A stretch of 64,000 nt of DNA from Blastocatellia bacterium (GTDB lineage Bacteria > Acidobacteriota > Blastocatellia > UBA7656). Both the position numbers and the translations under genes were made by a program. Below are positions 18,532 through 29,121 of the stretch, piece after piece. Where the stretch lies: contig DATFXM010000194.1 of the NCBI GenBank assembly GCA_035315885.1, forward strand, positions 44,825 to 108,824, in the 5' to 3' direction. How positions within the stretch are numbered: the stretch's first letter is position 1; each line of letters opens with the position of its first letter. The notes under the pieces are model-generated. The model was not told the origin of the DNA. It saw nothing but the letters and a program-made list of their open reading frames with translations, and searched no databases.

Positions 18532-20085
18532 TCAGTATTTCTCGGATACCGATTTAGCCTGAAGGAACAGCAACAAATAATCGCGGCCGCCGCCCTTGGA
18601 ATCGGTGCCCGACATGTTGAAGCCGCCGAACGGGTGTGCCCCAACCATCGCACCCGTACACTTGCGGTTCAGATAGAGGTTTCCTACGTGGAAGTCACGT
18701 CGAGCCTTCTCGAGCCGCCTGCGCTCCCCCGAATAAAGAGCCCCAGTCAAACCGAACTGAGTGTTGTTAGCGACGTTGAGAGCCTCATCGAAATCCTTCG
18801 CCCGAAATGCCGCCAGCACCGGACCAAAAATCTCTTCCTGGGAAATCCTGGCCATCGGATCCACTTCGCCGATCACCGTTGGCTTGATGAACCATCCTCG
18901 CTGATCCTCGGCCATCGGGCCGCCTCCGGCCAGCAGCTTTCCTTCGCCGCGTCCGATCTTGATGTAGTTGTTTATGCTCTCGTATGCACTCTTGCTCGAT
19001 ACCGGCCCCGTGAAATTCGACACGTCCTTAACCGGCCCAACCTTCAGCTTCGAAGCTCGATCCGACACTCGTTCCACAATCTTGTCATACACGGAGTCCA
19101 CCACCACGACCCGCGAACACGCAGAGCACTTCTGCCCGGAATACCCGAAGGCTGACGCAACTACTCCATCAACCGCAGCATCAAGATCCGCAGTCTCATC
19201 TACGACGATGGTGTCCTTTCCCCCCATCTCTGCGACGACGCGTTTGATCCAGATCTGTCCTTCGGCGGTCTTCGAGGCCAGCTCATTGATGTGCAGTCCG
19301 ACGTCCTTGGACCCGGTGAATGCAACAAAACGGGTCCGCGGGTTACCGACAAGATAGTCTCCAATCTTGCCACCGCTGCCCGGTACATAGTTCACCACGC
19401 CCGGCGGAACCGAGGCCTCTTCCAGAATCTCCACCAGTTTTGCCGCGATCACCGGACTATCACTCGAAGGCTTCAGTACAACAGTGTTCCCGCACACTAT
19501 CGATGCGAGAGTCATCCCTGCGGTGATTGCCAGAGGAAAATTCCAGGGAGGAATCACGATGCCCACGCCGAGAGGGATGTAGAACATCTCGTTGTGCTCG
19601 CCTGGCATAGGCGTGACTGGATGGTCGGCGGCATAGCGAAGCATTTCGCGAGCATAGAACTCGGCGAAATCGATCGTCTCCGCGACATCGGCGTCCGCCT
19701 CGGCCCAGGACTTCCCGACCTCGAGAACTATCAATGCGGTGAGTTCGGCTTTTCGCCTGCGAAGAATTGCCGCGGTCTTGAGAAGGCAGCGCGCGCGCAG
19801 GTCCGGCGCAACGTTCTTCCATTCCTGAAAGGCCTCGGTGGCGGCGGCTATCGCCTTGTCTGCATGATCGATGCTTGCTTTGTGCACGAGCCCAACGACT
19901 TCGTCAAAGTTTGAAGGGTTGAGCGAAGCAAGCATATCGCCGGTGGTGTAGCGCTTGCCGCCAATGATCAGGGGGTACTCAGTGCCCAACCGGGATTCGG
20001 CTACGCTTATGGCCTCGCGCATGGCCGCTGCGTTGCGTTCATTGGTGAAATCGACAAAGGGTTCGTTGTGAAATGGCGGCAGCAT
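18532..20085 (-). CDS. L-glutamate gamma-semialdehyde (delta-1-pyrroline-5-carboxylate) dehydrogenase, ALDH superfamily
   Basis: 517 aa; ALDH catalytic Cys region FGYSGQKCSACSR and Glu region VAEMGGKD; N-terminus typical of standalone P5CDH. Confidence 0.88.
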   Translation of the reverse strand: MLPPFHNEPFVDFTNERNAAAMREAISVAESRLGTEYPLIIGGKRYTTGDMLASLNPSNFDEVVGLVHKASIDHADKAIAAATEAFQEWKNVAPDLRARCLLKTAAILRRRKAELTALIVLEVGKSWAEADADVAETIDFAEFYAREMLRYAADHPVTPMPGEHNEMFYIPLGVGIVIPPWNFPLAITAGMTLASIVCGNTVVLKPSSDSPVIAAKLVEILEEASVPPGVVNYVPGSGGKIGDYLVGNPRTRFVAFTGSKDVGLHINELASKTAEGQIWIKRVVAEMGGKDTIVVDETADLDAAVDGVVASAFGYSGQKCSACSRVVVVDSVYDKIVERVSDRASKLKVGPVKDVSNFTGPVSSKSAYESINNYIKIGRGEGKLLAGGGPMAEDQRGWFIKPTVIGEVDPMARISQEEIFGPVLAAFRAKDFDEALNVANNTQFGLTGALYSGERRRLEKARRDFHVGNLYLNRKCTGAMVGAHPFGGFNMSGTDSKGGGRDYLLLFLQAKSVSEKY

Positions 20086-20173
20086 AGGAAGGTCCTTTCC
20101 AGAATTAACTTTTGTGCACGCAACTCAAACGATGAAGTTACCAACGGCTCTCAAGGGGAGTCAACGGCAGGAA

Positions 20174-20384
20174 GTGCTGAGTGCTGAGTCCTGAGCTCAG
20201 CCCCAACGGGGTTGCGTCTCAGGCCCAGGGTTGCCGTCCGCGGCTACCCTGGGAAAACGGCAACTGGGAAAACGGCAACGCGACGGACGCAACCCTGAAG
20301 GGGTTGCGTCAGCGACCTGCAAAGCGGCGATTCACACTACGATTACGCAACCCCGTTGGGGTTGAACTCAGCACTCAGCACTCC
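20174..20384. repeat. Hairpin element 6: arms GTGCTGAGTGCTGAGTCCTGAGCTCAG / GAACTCAGCACTCAGCACTCC around a ~165-nt core that is itself structured (17-bp perfect IR CCCCAACGGGGTTGCGT/ACGCAACCCCGTTGGGG; 2x GGGAAAACGGCAAC)
   Basis: Read directly. Supplies the stop codon of the VOC gene (TGA complementary to 20368-20370). Confidence 0.8.
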
Positions 20385-20799
20385 CTTCAGCGCCTGCCAC
20401 CGTCAAACCGACTTCCTGGCCAAAAGAAATCTCCAACGTGTGACCATCGGGATCTCGAATCAACGCCCAGTAACCGACCGGAGGACCTGAATCGGTCGGA
20501 CCATCAACCAGCGCCCCTTCCAAACGCGCCGCGTTACATAACCGATCCACTTCTTCTCGTGACTCGCAACCAACACCCAAATGAGCCATCGGTAGCAAAG
20601 GGTGCGTTACTCCTTCGCACTTGATCAGCACAATCACAAACGGACGAGTCAGATCGCTTATCCACACAACATCCGACCCGGTGTGCTCATCCGTCCGGCG
20701 ATGAACGATCTTCATCCCCGCGTAGCTTTCATAAAACGTTACGCTCCGCTCAATGTCCGTAGCCGGAAGAGCTATGTGCGTGAAACCTATGTCGGACAT
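20368..20799 (-). CDS. VOC (glyoxalase/bleomycin-resistance/dioxygenase) family protein
   Basis: 143 aa; paired beta-alpha-beta-beta-beta modules with metal-ligand-like H (FTHIAL) and E (HTLEISF). The last 6 codons and the stop are encoded by hairpin element 6. Confidence 0.7.
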   Translation of the reverse strand: MSDIGFTHIALPATDIERSVTFYESYAGMKIVHRRTDEHTGSDVVWISDLTRPFVIVLIKCEGVTHPLLPMAHLGVGCESREEVDRLCNAARLEGALVDGPTDSGPPVGYWALIRDPDGHTLEISFGQEVGLTVAGAEGSAEC

Positions 20800-20823
20800 C
20801 GCAAGCCACTCCTGCGCGACTTG

Positions 20824-23800
20824 TCATCGACTCGCCCCGCCGCGCACGTTTGCCTTGGGTAGACTGACGAGATTCGCTATGAGCCGGTACGCACCGGGCA
20901 CTCCTCGCGGCAGTTGCCTGAACCACGCGTAAGCCGTGTAAACATAAAGCCCACGGCCGTACTCGGCGATCACTTCTCCACCCTTCAGGTCTGGCTCACC
21001 TGGATCGTGACACGACATCATCGGCTTAAAATGCGCATCCCAATCGCTCAGGAAGTACGCCCCTCGCTCCTGAATCCAGTTGTCAAAATCGCGCGCCGAG
21101 ATCTTGTTTGGAAAGTTGAAGCGCGGATGGTCGGGTTCGAGAATCGTCACCACTGCATTCTCGTCCGTAGTCCTCAGTGGTCTCGGCAACACCTTTGGGT
21201 ACTCCGGAAACTTGCCGCGTTCGTACTGCGTCCGGTCATAGCCAACTACAACAACCTTAGTGCGAGAGTAATCCAATAACCGCTGATTGTTCTGCCGAAC
21301 ATCCGTTCGTGCAGAATCATCGCTCCCGAGAACAATCACATCGTAGAGGGTCAAGTCACCGCTGGACAGCTCCGAAGGCTCAATCAGTTTTGCGTCAATA
21401 CCATGCTTGAGCATCGAGGACAAAACAGAGTCGTTGGCGGATCCGATGAATCCTACCTTTGGCGCGCGCGTGGACTTTGGTGCGAGCGCTCCTGCGATAT
21501 CGGAATCTGCGACGTATATCAGCCTCGGCTCACGTTCGCGCTGACCCGCGCGCTGCCGTTCCGGATCGCTTATTCGATAGGGAGCGTAACCACCGGTCTC
21601 GAAATCGCCTCGGTTGTACTGAACTATGTAGGTGCCGCCACGATTGACGTAGTCCAGCAGCCTCGCGTTGTTTGCCACCACGTCAGGCCTCACCTCGTAG
21701 ACCCGCACCCCGGCTACGATCGCATCGTACACGCTCAAATCACCAGACTGCAGCTCGGGCGAATCTATCGTTTTCACTTCCACGCCGATCCGCTTCAGGG
21801 CGTTCGCAAAGTCATCCCCCGCGCCTTCGATGAATCCGACCTTCAGCGGTTGGGTTACTTTTACATCCACAATCTCCGCATCGGTGCTGGAGGCACGATA
21901 GAAGAAGCGCGACTGGATGTGCGGGTACGAGATGGCCTGATAACCCTGGCGGAACTCTTTTCCGCCAACCATCGCGATCGCGTTTACGACCTGCCGCGAT
22001 TCGCGGTCGGCCCGAGCCAGTTTTACCTTGAAGCTCAGCACGGCTCTTTGATTTTTCCGCTTCAAGTCGAACGGCGCGGTTGGCGGTTCGACCTGCCAGC
22101 CCTCGGGTGCTTCGAGCCTGACGGTCCCGGTGCTTCCCTCCTTTGCGTTGTTGACCACCGAAACGTTTACCGATCGTTCCTGCCATTGAGACGAGAACGG
22201 ATAGATCAGAAGCTCCGGCGCCATGGACACCGAAACACGCGGCGCAACCTTCACGTCGCGTCGAATCTCGCCGAGAGAACGATCCAACGAGCGGTATTGT
22301 GCGGGCTGCGAGATTCTAATTGTTTCTCCCAAGCATTCGAGTTGAACGAGCGCAAAAATCTCCGGCGGCGCAACCGGCTCGATGCCGGTGAGAGTAACCC
22401 GGTGTGATTGAGAGACATTCTCGGGACCGACCACAAACATGTCGCCGCGGCGCGGCCTCTTCAGCCAGTACGGAACGTCGGGCTCGGCATCCGGCGGCAC
22501 GGTTATCTTGGATTCCGCCTGGAAAACCAGCCGCCCGTCGACCGACGTGCTGCTTTGCTTGCCGGGCACGATGTCCCATCCGCTTGGGCCGGAAAGCGCG
22601 ACTGCGGCTATCTTAGCGCTCGCGTCGGCGTAAGCGGTGGTGGTAAAGGTGACCGACTGGCCGGGTATGATGACTTCTTCTTCGGACAGACAGTCGACTA
22701 CCAGCCCGTACGCTTTTGCGAGTGCGTCAGCAAAATCTGCTTCCTTCTGTTTAAGCAGAAGGTCCTCGTCGGAAACAGGGAGATCGCCCATTGATTCCGA
22801 GGGATGAACACGGGCACGAAGTGCCCTGATTATCCTCAGTCCGTCAGCAACCGGCTTGGCGATCGACGTCGGAGTCAATGGATTGTACTTCGCCATCGCC
22901 TCCTGGGCGTCCGCTTGAACCTGCTCCAACGAGACCCGCATCTGGTCATCTTTGTGACTCGCATACGCTGCGATGCCTAAGACAGAGGTATCGATCCCGT
23001 CGAAGATGTCTTTCTCTTCTCTCGCCGCCAGGGCGGAGCCTTGTTGCGATGGGTTGTCCGGCTTTGAATCGATCAATCGAAGCCGCGAGAACCTTGGGCC
23101 CCGAGCTTCGATTGTCCCTTCGTCCTGAGAGCGGTGCTGGCTTCGTCCCTTTGCAGCCAGCTCGTAATAACTGCGGCCAAGCAGCGGATCGTACTGGCCC
23201 GTATTGATCGACAGCGTCGACAGCGAAGGCAGGTAGTCCCGCGGGCTCGCCGCTCCGTCAAAGGAGCGCGTGTACAGCTTCTTTGGCTGCCACGCACGCA
23301 AACCTTGCTTGATCTGCTCGGGAAAACGCTTCGGGTCGGCTGCCGCGGCGTAGGCTTCCAGGGTCAGAAGACCTGAGGCTTGATGGTGACCATGGCCATC
23401 GTTGGGGGTGCCTGACCAGGCGGACACGACTACCATCGGTCTGAACGTTCGAATCACTCGCACAATGTCGGCGAGCACCTGCTCGCGGTCCCATTTCTCG
23501 AGCGTCTCAGTCCTGGACTTGCTGAATCCGAAGTCAAAGGCCCGGGTGAAGAACTGTTCCGCGCCGTCCATTCTACGCGCCGCGAGCAGTTCTTCGGTTC
23601 TGATCACCCCAAGCGGTTCGTTTATCTCCGAACCAATGACGTTCTGCCCGCCATCCCCGCGCGTAAGCGAAAGGTACGCAGTACGCGCCTCCCGACCTCG
23701 CGCAAGATACGCGAGCAAGCCGCTGTCCTCATCGTCGGGATGAGCGCCGGTGTGAAGAACGCTTGCGACCACGCCAAGCCTCCGAATCGCAAGCCCCAGC

Positions 23801-23964
23801 CCAAACGCACCTCGCTCCTCGGGGATCGGGTTGTCCGCCGCGACGCTCCGTCCCGGGCTGAACGCTGCCAGCGGAACAACTCCGCACAACAGGAGCGCCA
23901 CGGTAAAAGGAGCAAGAAACCTGCTGCGAGTAAAGTTAAAGCTCACGCTTAATCTCCGGGGCAT
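20824..23964 (-). CDS. Large secreted PIG-L/LmbE-family deacetylase fused to two ThuA-like (class-I glutamine amidotransferase-like) domains
   Basis: Signal peptide; AHPDDEDSG and HGHH motifs of LmbE/PIG-L deacetylases at the N-terminus; two internally repeated ~200-aa modules (KVGFIEGAGDDF...; KVGFIGSANDSV...) resembling ThuA. Confidence 0.75.
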   Translation of the reverse strand: MPRRLSVSFNFTRSRFLAPFTVALLLCGVVPLAAFSPGRSVAADNPIPEERGAFGLGLAIRRLGVVASVLHTGAHPDDEDSGLLAYLARGREARTAYLSLTRGDGGQNVIGSEINEPLGVIRTEELLAARRMDGAEQFFTRAFDFGFSKSRTETLEKWDREQVLADIVRVIRTFRPMVVVSAWSGTPNDGHGHHQASGLLTLEAYAAAADPKRFPEQIKQGLRAWQPKKLYTRSFDGAASPRDYLPSLSTLSINTGQYDPLLGRSYYELAAKGRSQHRSQDEGTIEARGPRFSRLRLIDSKPDNPSQQGSALAAREEKDIFDGIDTSVLGIAAYASHKDDQMRVSLEQVQADAQEAMAKYNPLTPTSIAKPVADGLRIIRALRARVHPSESMGDLPVSDEDLLLKQKEADFADALAKAYGLVVDCLSEEEVIIPGQSVTFTTTAYADASAKIAAVALSGPSGWDIVPGKQSSTSVDGRLVFQAESKITVPPDAEPDVPYWLKRPRRGDMFVVGPENVSQSHRVTLTGIEPVAPPEIFALVQLECLGETIRISQPAQYRSLDRSLGEIRRDVKVAPRVSVSMAPELLIYPFSSQWQERSVNVSVVNNAKEGSTGTVRLEAPEGWQVEPPTAPFDLKRKNQRAVLSFKVKLARADRESRQVVNAIAMVGGKEFRQGYQAISYPHIQSRFFYRASSTDAEIVDVKVTQPLKVGFIEGAGDDFANALKRIGVEVKTIDSPELQSGDLSVYDAIVAGVRVYEVRPDVVANNARLLDYVNRGGTYIVQYNRGDFETGGYAPYRISDPERQRAGQREREPRLIYVADSDIAGALAPKSTRAPKVGFIGSANDSVLSSMLKHGIDAKLIEPSELSSGDLTLYDVIVLGSDDSARTDVRQNNQRLLDYSRTKVVVVGYDRTQYERGKFPEYPKVLPRPLRTTDENAVVTILEPDHPRFNFPNKISARDFDNWIQERGAYFLSDWDAHFKPMMSCHDPGEPDLKGGEVIAEYGRGLYVYTAYAWFRQLPRGVPGAYRLIANLVSLPKANVRGGASR

Positions 23965-23971
23965 AAAGAGC

Positions 23972-25534
23972 TCAGTCCGTCAGGTTTTTCGCTACGGCGA
24001 TCTCCGGTTGACTGAAAGGCCATTCCCTTCGCCGATACGAACGTATGAAGTAGATGATCAGGCCGAGTACTAGCAGCACAACCGCATACCTGATCTCTTT
24101 CTGGAAGTTTTGTCTGGATATCAGAACGTAGATGAAGCCAACCACCGCAATCAAAGCCGGAACTGGATATAGCCACATCCTGAATGGACGGGGATGCGAC
24201 GGCTGCCTCACTCTGAACACAATCACGCCGACAGTCTGCGACAGGAACTGGATGAGAATTCGTATGACCACGAGCGCTGCGATCACGTCCTGCAAGCGTA
24301 ACAGGCAGAATGCGGCGGCGACTGCTCCCATCACAAGCAACGATACGTAAGGAAAACGGTGCTTGCTGTGAACGCGCGCGAACATCTTAAAGTAATTCCC
24401 ATCGAGCGCCGCCGCGTACGGGACGCGCGAGTAACCGAGCAGCAGCGAGAACACTGAAGCAAAGGCAGTCCACATGATCAGCAGCGTCGCTATGATGGCG
24501 GCCCACCGTCCGTACAACCGCTCCATGAACACCGAGATGATGTAGCGCCGAGCATCGGAATTGGCGGTGCCGCTCAATTCCTGCCACGGAATTACACCGA
24601 GAATGCTGGTGTTCATGATCAGATAGATCACCGCGACGGCCAGAATCGACAGGATCACTGCTCGCGGAATCGTGCGCCCCGGATCCTTGACTTCGCCTCC
24701 GAAAAAACAGACGTTGTAGTAACCCCAGTAATCGTAAACGGCGACCAGCATCGCCGACCCCAATCCGGTGAAGAATCCCGCGGAAAGCTTAAAGGCTCCT
24801 TCAGGAAAATCGAACGCCCTTGCCCGATCGAAGTGCGTAACACCTGCGACAATCACCCACAGCACGGTCGCAATCACACCAACCCACAAGAATTTCGATA
24901 AGTGTCCGATGATGGTGATCTTGCGGTAAAGCAGCATGACCGCGACCGCAGCCACTGCCATGGCAATAATGGTGCCCTTTCCGAAGACCACACTGGCGCT
25001 CAAAGAACCGAGCACCGGAACGTTCAACTGGAAATCCCTCGACAGATAAACATCGGAGAGGTCCTTCCAGAGATAGCCGGCATACTGAGAGAGTCCAATG
25101 CAGCCTGAGGCAATTGAAAGCGGAGCGCTGAACGTCAATTGCCAAATGAATAGAAACGACATCATGCGCCCGAGCTTGTCGGCGCCATAGATCTCACGCA
25201 GGTAGCGATACGAACCGCCAGACCCGGGAAGGGCCGCGCCCAATTCGGCCCAGACTAATCCGTCGCAGATCACCAGCAGCGCTCCGAGGAGCCATCCGAG
25301 CATTGCCTGCGGCCCTCCCATCGCGGCAATGATCAACGGAATGGTGATGAACGGACCGACACCGATCATGTCGATCATGTTCAGTGTTGTGGCGCTTCCG
25401 AGACCTACGCCGCGGATCAACGGAGGCTCGGAGGCTGAATCTGCGGACGAGGTGGCAGGAGGGCTCAGAGTCTTTACGTCATCGGCGGGAGTGAGTTTGG
25501 GGGTCTTTGACATTCCGAGCAGGGCCCCTGCCAA
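23972..25534 (-). CDS. APC-superfamily amino acid permease
   Basis: 520 aa, ~12 predicted TM helices, N-terminal APC signature region (GVGLGSATTLNMIDMIGVGPFI). Confidence 0.85.
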   Translation of the reverse strand: MAGALLGMSKTPKLTPADDVKTLSPPATSSADSASEPPLIRGVGLGSATTLNMIDMIGVGPFITIPLIIAAMGGPQAMLGWLLGALLVICDGLVWAELGAALPGSGGSYRYLREIYGADKLGRMMSFLFIWQLTFSAPLSIASGCIGLSQYAGYLWKDLSDVYLSRDFQLNVPVLGSLSASVVFGKGTIIAMAVAAVAVMLLYRKITIIGHLSKFLWVGVIATVLWVIVAGVTHFDRARAFDFPEGAFKLSAGFFTGLGSAMLVAVYDYWGYYNVCFFGGEVKDPGRTIPRAVILSILAVAVIYLIMNTSILGVIPWQELSGTANSDARRYIISVFMERLYGRWAAIIATLLIMWTAFASVFSLLLGYSRVPYAAALDGNYFKMFARVHSKHRFPYVSLLVMGAVAAAFCLLRLQDVIAALVVIRILIQFLSQTVGVIVFRVRQPSHPRPFRMWLYPVPALIAVVGFIYVLISRQNFQKEIRYAVVLLVLGLIIYFIRSYRRREWPFSQPEIAVAKNLTD

Positions 25535-25588
25535 TTCAGTCGAGCACTAGAGCACTTGAAGTTTAAACCAAAAGACACAGGGGTAGAA

Positions 25589-25786
<198 letters not shown>

Positions 25787-25791
<5 letters not shown>

Positions 25792-26878
25792 TCAGTGGTC
25801 GATTAGGAGTGCCGCCGGCAGGAGGCGGTGGTGGGGGAACGCCCGGAGCGTTTGGAATGGGCCGAGTACCTTGATTCACTCCCGGCTGAATGAGACGCGG
25901 CATGTACATGAAAACCCAGTCTTCGTACTTGTCGAGCCCATAAAGTGGCTTGATAGCCTTACCCTTCAACTTCGGCGCGACTCCAATAATCGGAGCGTTC
26001 GAACGACCGGGCGTATCATTCGAGAAGAGATGCGCGAGCGGATCGGCAAAGTTCTCATCGTCGTCGTCATCGTCGTCGTCGTCATCGTCCGCATCCGCGT
26101 TGGGCTGCACTTTCGGCTTCTTGCCAGGCTGACCGGGCGGACCCTGCTGGCCACCCCTCGTGCCGCCAGGTCCCGGAATCTGCACCCCTTGCTGTGGAGG
26201 CTGCTGCGGCTGAGCTCCCGCAGCACCGCCCGAGCCGGGTGGACCGGCCTGAGAATCGGGACTCGTACCAGGGATCTTGGCCAGGTGGAGTTTTTGAGGC
26301 GGACCTGCAATCAACAGATACTGCTGAGGGATTACAATCCCGGTCTCCGCAGCATAAGCCTGCAGGACCTTCATTATTCGAGGATCGCGGGCTCTTACTG
26401 GCTCCCACTCGACGTTGCTCATCGGGTCGATAAACGCCGACGGCCGGACAAACTTGATATCTCTTGTGCCGATTGTAATGCCATCCCTGAGCTTCTTCAG
26501 ATCAGTCAAATAGCCATACTCGGGTGGAACCAGCAACTGAAGAGGATTCGCCGCTCCTCGGCCATAATAGCGGGCGATTCCTATAGCCATCTGTTCCCCG
26601 CGAAAAACCAATTCCAGCTCTTTGTCCCGCTGGACCTGCATCCTCACGTTGGGAATGATTGCAGAAGAAAACAGGATCGCCATGACCGACAACGCCAGTA
26701 TCAGACCCAGAAGTGCCCACCCGCCTTCTTCGCCGGATCTGGATTTCATCCCGCCGTTGTTAGCCCTCGCGTTCTTGTTCGATAGAAACGAAGGCATGGG
26801 CGTATCGCCGTCGAAGGGCTCTGTGACCCTGGAGACGGGACGAAGTCTCGATCGTTTTGTTTCTGCCGGCGTCATCAC
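25787..26878 (-). CDS. GspK/PilX-like minor pseudopilin-like membrane protein with Gly/Pro/Gln-rich low-complexity region and poly-Asp tract
   Basis: N-terminal [19 protein letters not shown] resembles the T2SS GspK pseudopilin helix (G-M/W-A-L-x-x-V/L-L-L-A..), followed by a ~200-aa domain, PGQPG-type low complexity and 13 consecutive Asp. Confidence 0.5.
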
Positions 26879-27771
26879 TTGAATGCCTTGTCCTGAAGAG
26901 GAATGCGCTTCTTTATGTCGTATTGAGTTTGAGTCAGCTCTACGTAGTTTGCTGCAACCACCTCCAGCCGCCAGACATTACTAATAGTATCACCCTTCTT
27001 CGCCCGCTTGACGTCTTTTGTAGCAGTCATTTCGAACAGACCAAAGTTCGTTTCAGGATGTTCCATGTTTCCGAGCCGCCCGATGTACTTGAAGGGAGGA
27101 TCTGGTGACGGCTGGATTACGAACTGAAGCTGAGCTGAATAGAAGCCTGCCGGGTTGCTCTGCGATTTCACTTCTACGTTGAACGAAGCCGGGGCCGTAT
27201 ACTCGCTCGGATCAATATCGGTGGTTAGCTGATTCTCTCCGGCTCGTTTGGACGGCCTCGGGTTGCCATTCAAGTACAGCGTTGCATCCGCGGGCATCTT
27301 GTTCGCAAACACCGAAAGCGTGAACTTTCTCGGCGTACCGGCTACCGCGCTTTGTGGTTGAAGACCCTTGATCTCAATCGGAGGTGGTTTTTCCTGAGGT
27401 GGTGGCTCGGGCGGCTTGATGTAATACGCAAAAATGCTTCCCCGAGTGCCAGGCTCGGCGCTCCCTCCAGTATGCCTGAACACCGACAGGTCTAGCGGCG
27501 TCTGATTCGCAAGAAGCACCTGCAACCGGAATTGCTGCTCGGAAGGTGTGCTGACCCGACGGGTCGTGAGATCCGGACGCGACCCGGATTGATTCGCCGA
27601 ACTCTGCGAGCTCGATGAAGCAGCCGCCGCATTCGAATTGGCTGTCACCTTCCGCGATGTGCGAGGAGTGGGTCCGCCAATGAAGAACTCATAAATGAGC
27701 GCCGCCGCAAAGCCGGCCCCTAATGCGGCAAGAAGGATTTGCTTGTTTCTTTCGGCCTTCCCTTTAGCCAT
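26875..27771 (-). CDS. Membrane-anchored protein (N-terminal TM, Ser-rich linker, beta-rich C-domain); possible PilP-type analog
   Basis: TM ILLAALGAGFAAALIYEFF; Ser/Ala-rich linker; 4-bp overlap with the downstream gene suggests an operon with the PilN/PilO-like genes. Confidence 0.5.
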   Translation of the reverse strand: MAKGKAERNKQILLAALGAGFAAALIYEFFIGGPTPRTSRKVTANSNAAAASSSSQSSANQSGSRPDLTTRRVSTPSEQQFRLQVLLANQTPLDLSVFRHTGGSAEPGTRGSIFAYYIKPPEPPPQEKPPPIEIKGLQPQSAVAGTPRKFTLSVFANKMPADATLYLNGNPRPSKRAGENQLTTDIDPSEYTAPASFNVEVKSQSNPAGFYSAQLQFVIQPSPDPPFKYIGRLGNMEHPETNFGLFEMTATKDVKRAKKGDTISNVWRLEVVAANYVELTQTQYDIKKRIPLQDKAFK

Positions 27772-27802
27772 CTTGTTACAATGCTCGCACGCCAGCTTCG
27801 AA

Positions 27803-28537
27803 CTATTCTCCTTGCGGCGCCGATGAAGGTCTGAAGTAAGCCGACATGTCCAGCGTCAACGCAAGACCCGACACACCACTTCCTCTCGAGGACCTGCTCG
27901 AAGCTTTCTGCTCCTGATTGATCAGACTCATCGAATCCACAATGACAAAAGTCTTACTCTTCTCTGTGTCAGCTACAAACGCTCGAAGATTCTTGTACTG
28001 CCCGAACACCGTCAAACGCACCGCGATGTTTGGATAGACGTTGGCCAGCGGATCGGTGCGCGACTTCTTCGCGGAACCCTTCCCGGACTTCTTATCGTCT
28101 TCAGATTCCTGCTCCTCAAAACCCCGGGCGGTCATGTCGATCCCGCTCGTAAGCTGCAAGCCGTGTTTCTTGACCAGCGCATTCAGCTCGTCTATCAGCG
28201 CGATTCTGCCCGGTCCGTAGTTCGTGAGATGGTCGTGACGAAACTGCTGCAGCGAGTCGAGCGCATCCTGCACCTGCTTGGCGACCGAGGAGCCGGCGTT
28301 CTCAGGCCCGGTATCAACGACGGTGGTTATTAACGTGCTTTGTTGCTGCAGTGCGCGGAGACGCTGGCGCTCCGGGCCGAGCGCTCGAACGTAGTAGACG
28401 ATTGCCGCGAGCACAAAACCAAACGCGATCACGATGAAAACTATCTCGACTGCGCTCAGGGGGAAGGCGCGCTTGCTTGTGCCAGCCCCAACGGCGCCCG
28501 CTCGAGTCAGCCTCTGTCGAATCGCGGTGCTCATCAC
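27803..28537 (-). CDS. PilO-like type IV pilus/T2SS inner-membrane assembly protein
   Basis: Short cytoplasmic N-terminus, one TM, coiled coil, C-terminal block GQYKNLRAFVADTEKSKTFVIVDSMSL matching the PilO G.Y..L..F...L...PR...I..L motif. Confidence 0.6.
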   Translation of the reverse strand: MMSTAIRQRLTRAGAVGAGTSKRAFPLSAVEIVFIVIAFGFVLAAIVYYVRALGPERQRLRALQQQSTLITTVVDTGPENAGSSVAKQVQDALDSLQQFRHDHLTNYGPGRIALIDELNALVKKHGLQLTSGIDMTARGFEEQESEDDKKSGKGSAKKSRTDPLANVYPNIAVRLTVFGQYKNLRAFVADTEKSKTFVIVDSMSLINQEQKASSRSSRGSGVSGLALTLDMSAYFRPSSAPQGE

Positions 28538-29121
28538 TGCTCACCTCGCTCAAACCTGTAAGTCAGGTTCACGGTGAAGGGAGTTTCGCCGGATTCAAGG
28601 GTCGACTCCTGCGTCACTTGCCCGAGCTCGAAGAGACCGTTTGATTTGTCTACCAGATTCATCATTGCAGTCATCTCGCTGGGCGCTTTCCCCGCAGCCT
28701 TCACTTCGAGTCGTGCGAGAATCGTCCTTCCAGCCTCTTCGACGCTCTCTACCTTGATGCCAGTGACCCGGGTGTCGTTAGGAACAAATCGCTCGAGATC
28801 GGACAACATCCGTGTCCACGAGAGCGCCTTTCGCTCGAGCAGGCCTCGCGCTGCTGCTAGCTGATGCCTGTCAGAATCGTTGATGACTACGGCCTCCTCC
28901 TCGCGTTTGCGTCGCTCCCGTTCCTCTTGCACGTCTTCGTACCTTTTACGGCGGGTCTCGATAGAGCGCGTAACCTCGTCTGACTCTCTTGCGAGCCGGG
29001 CCTTTTCAGCGGAGACCCACATCATGGTCCAGCCGCTCATCAATACGACGACCATGACGCCGATCCAAAGCAGCCGGTGGTTCCTGAACGGCTGGTTTGA
29101 AAGATTTATCGTTGTTCGCAT
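28534..29121 (-). CDS. PilN-like assembly protein
   Basis: MRTTINLSNQPFRNHR N-terminus (INLLP-type PilM-binding peptide), TM LLWIGVMVVVLMSGW, coiled coil, ~195 aa as in PilN. 4-bp overlap with the PilO-like gene. Confidence 0.65.
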   Translation of the reverse strand: MRTTINLSNQPFRNHRLLWIGVMVVVLMSGWTMMWVSAEKARLARESDEVTRSIETRRKRYEDVQEERERRKREEEAVVINDSDRHQLAAARGLLERKALSWTRMLSDLERFVPNDTRVTGIKVESVEEAGRTILARLEVKAAGKAPSEMTAMMNLVDKSNGLFELGQVTQESTLESGETPFTVNLTYRFERGEQ

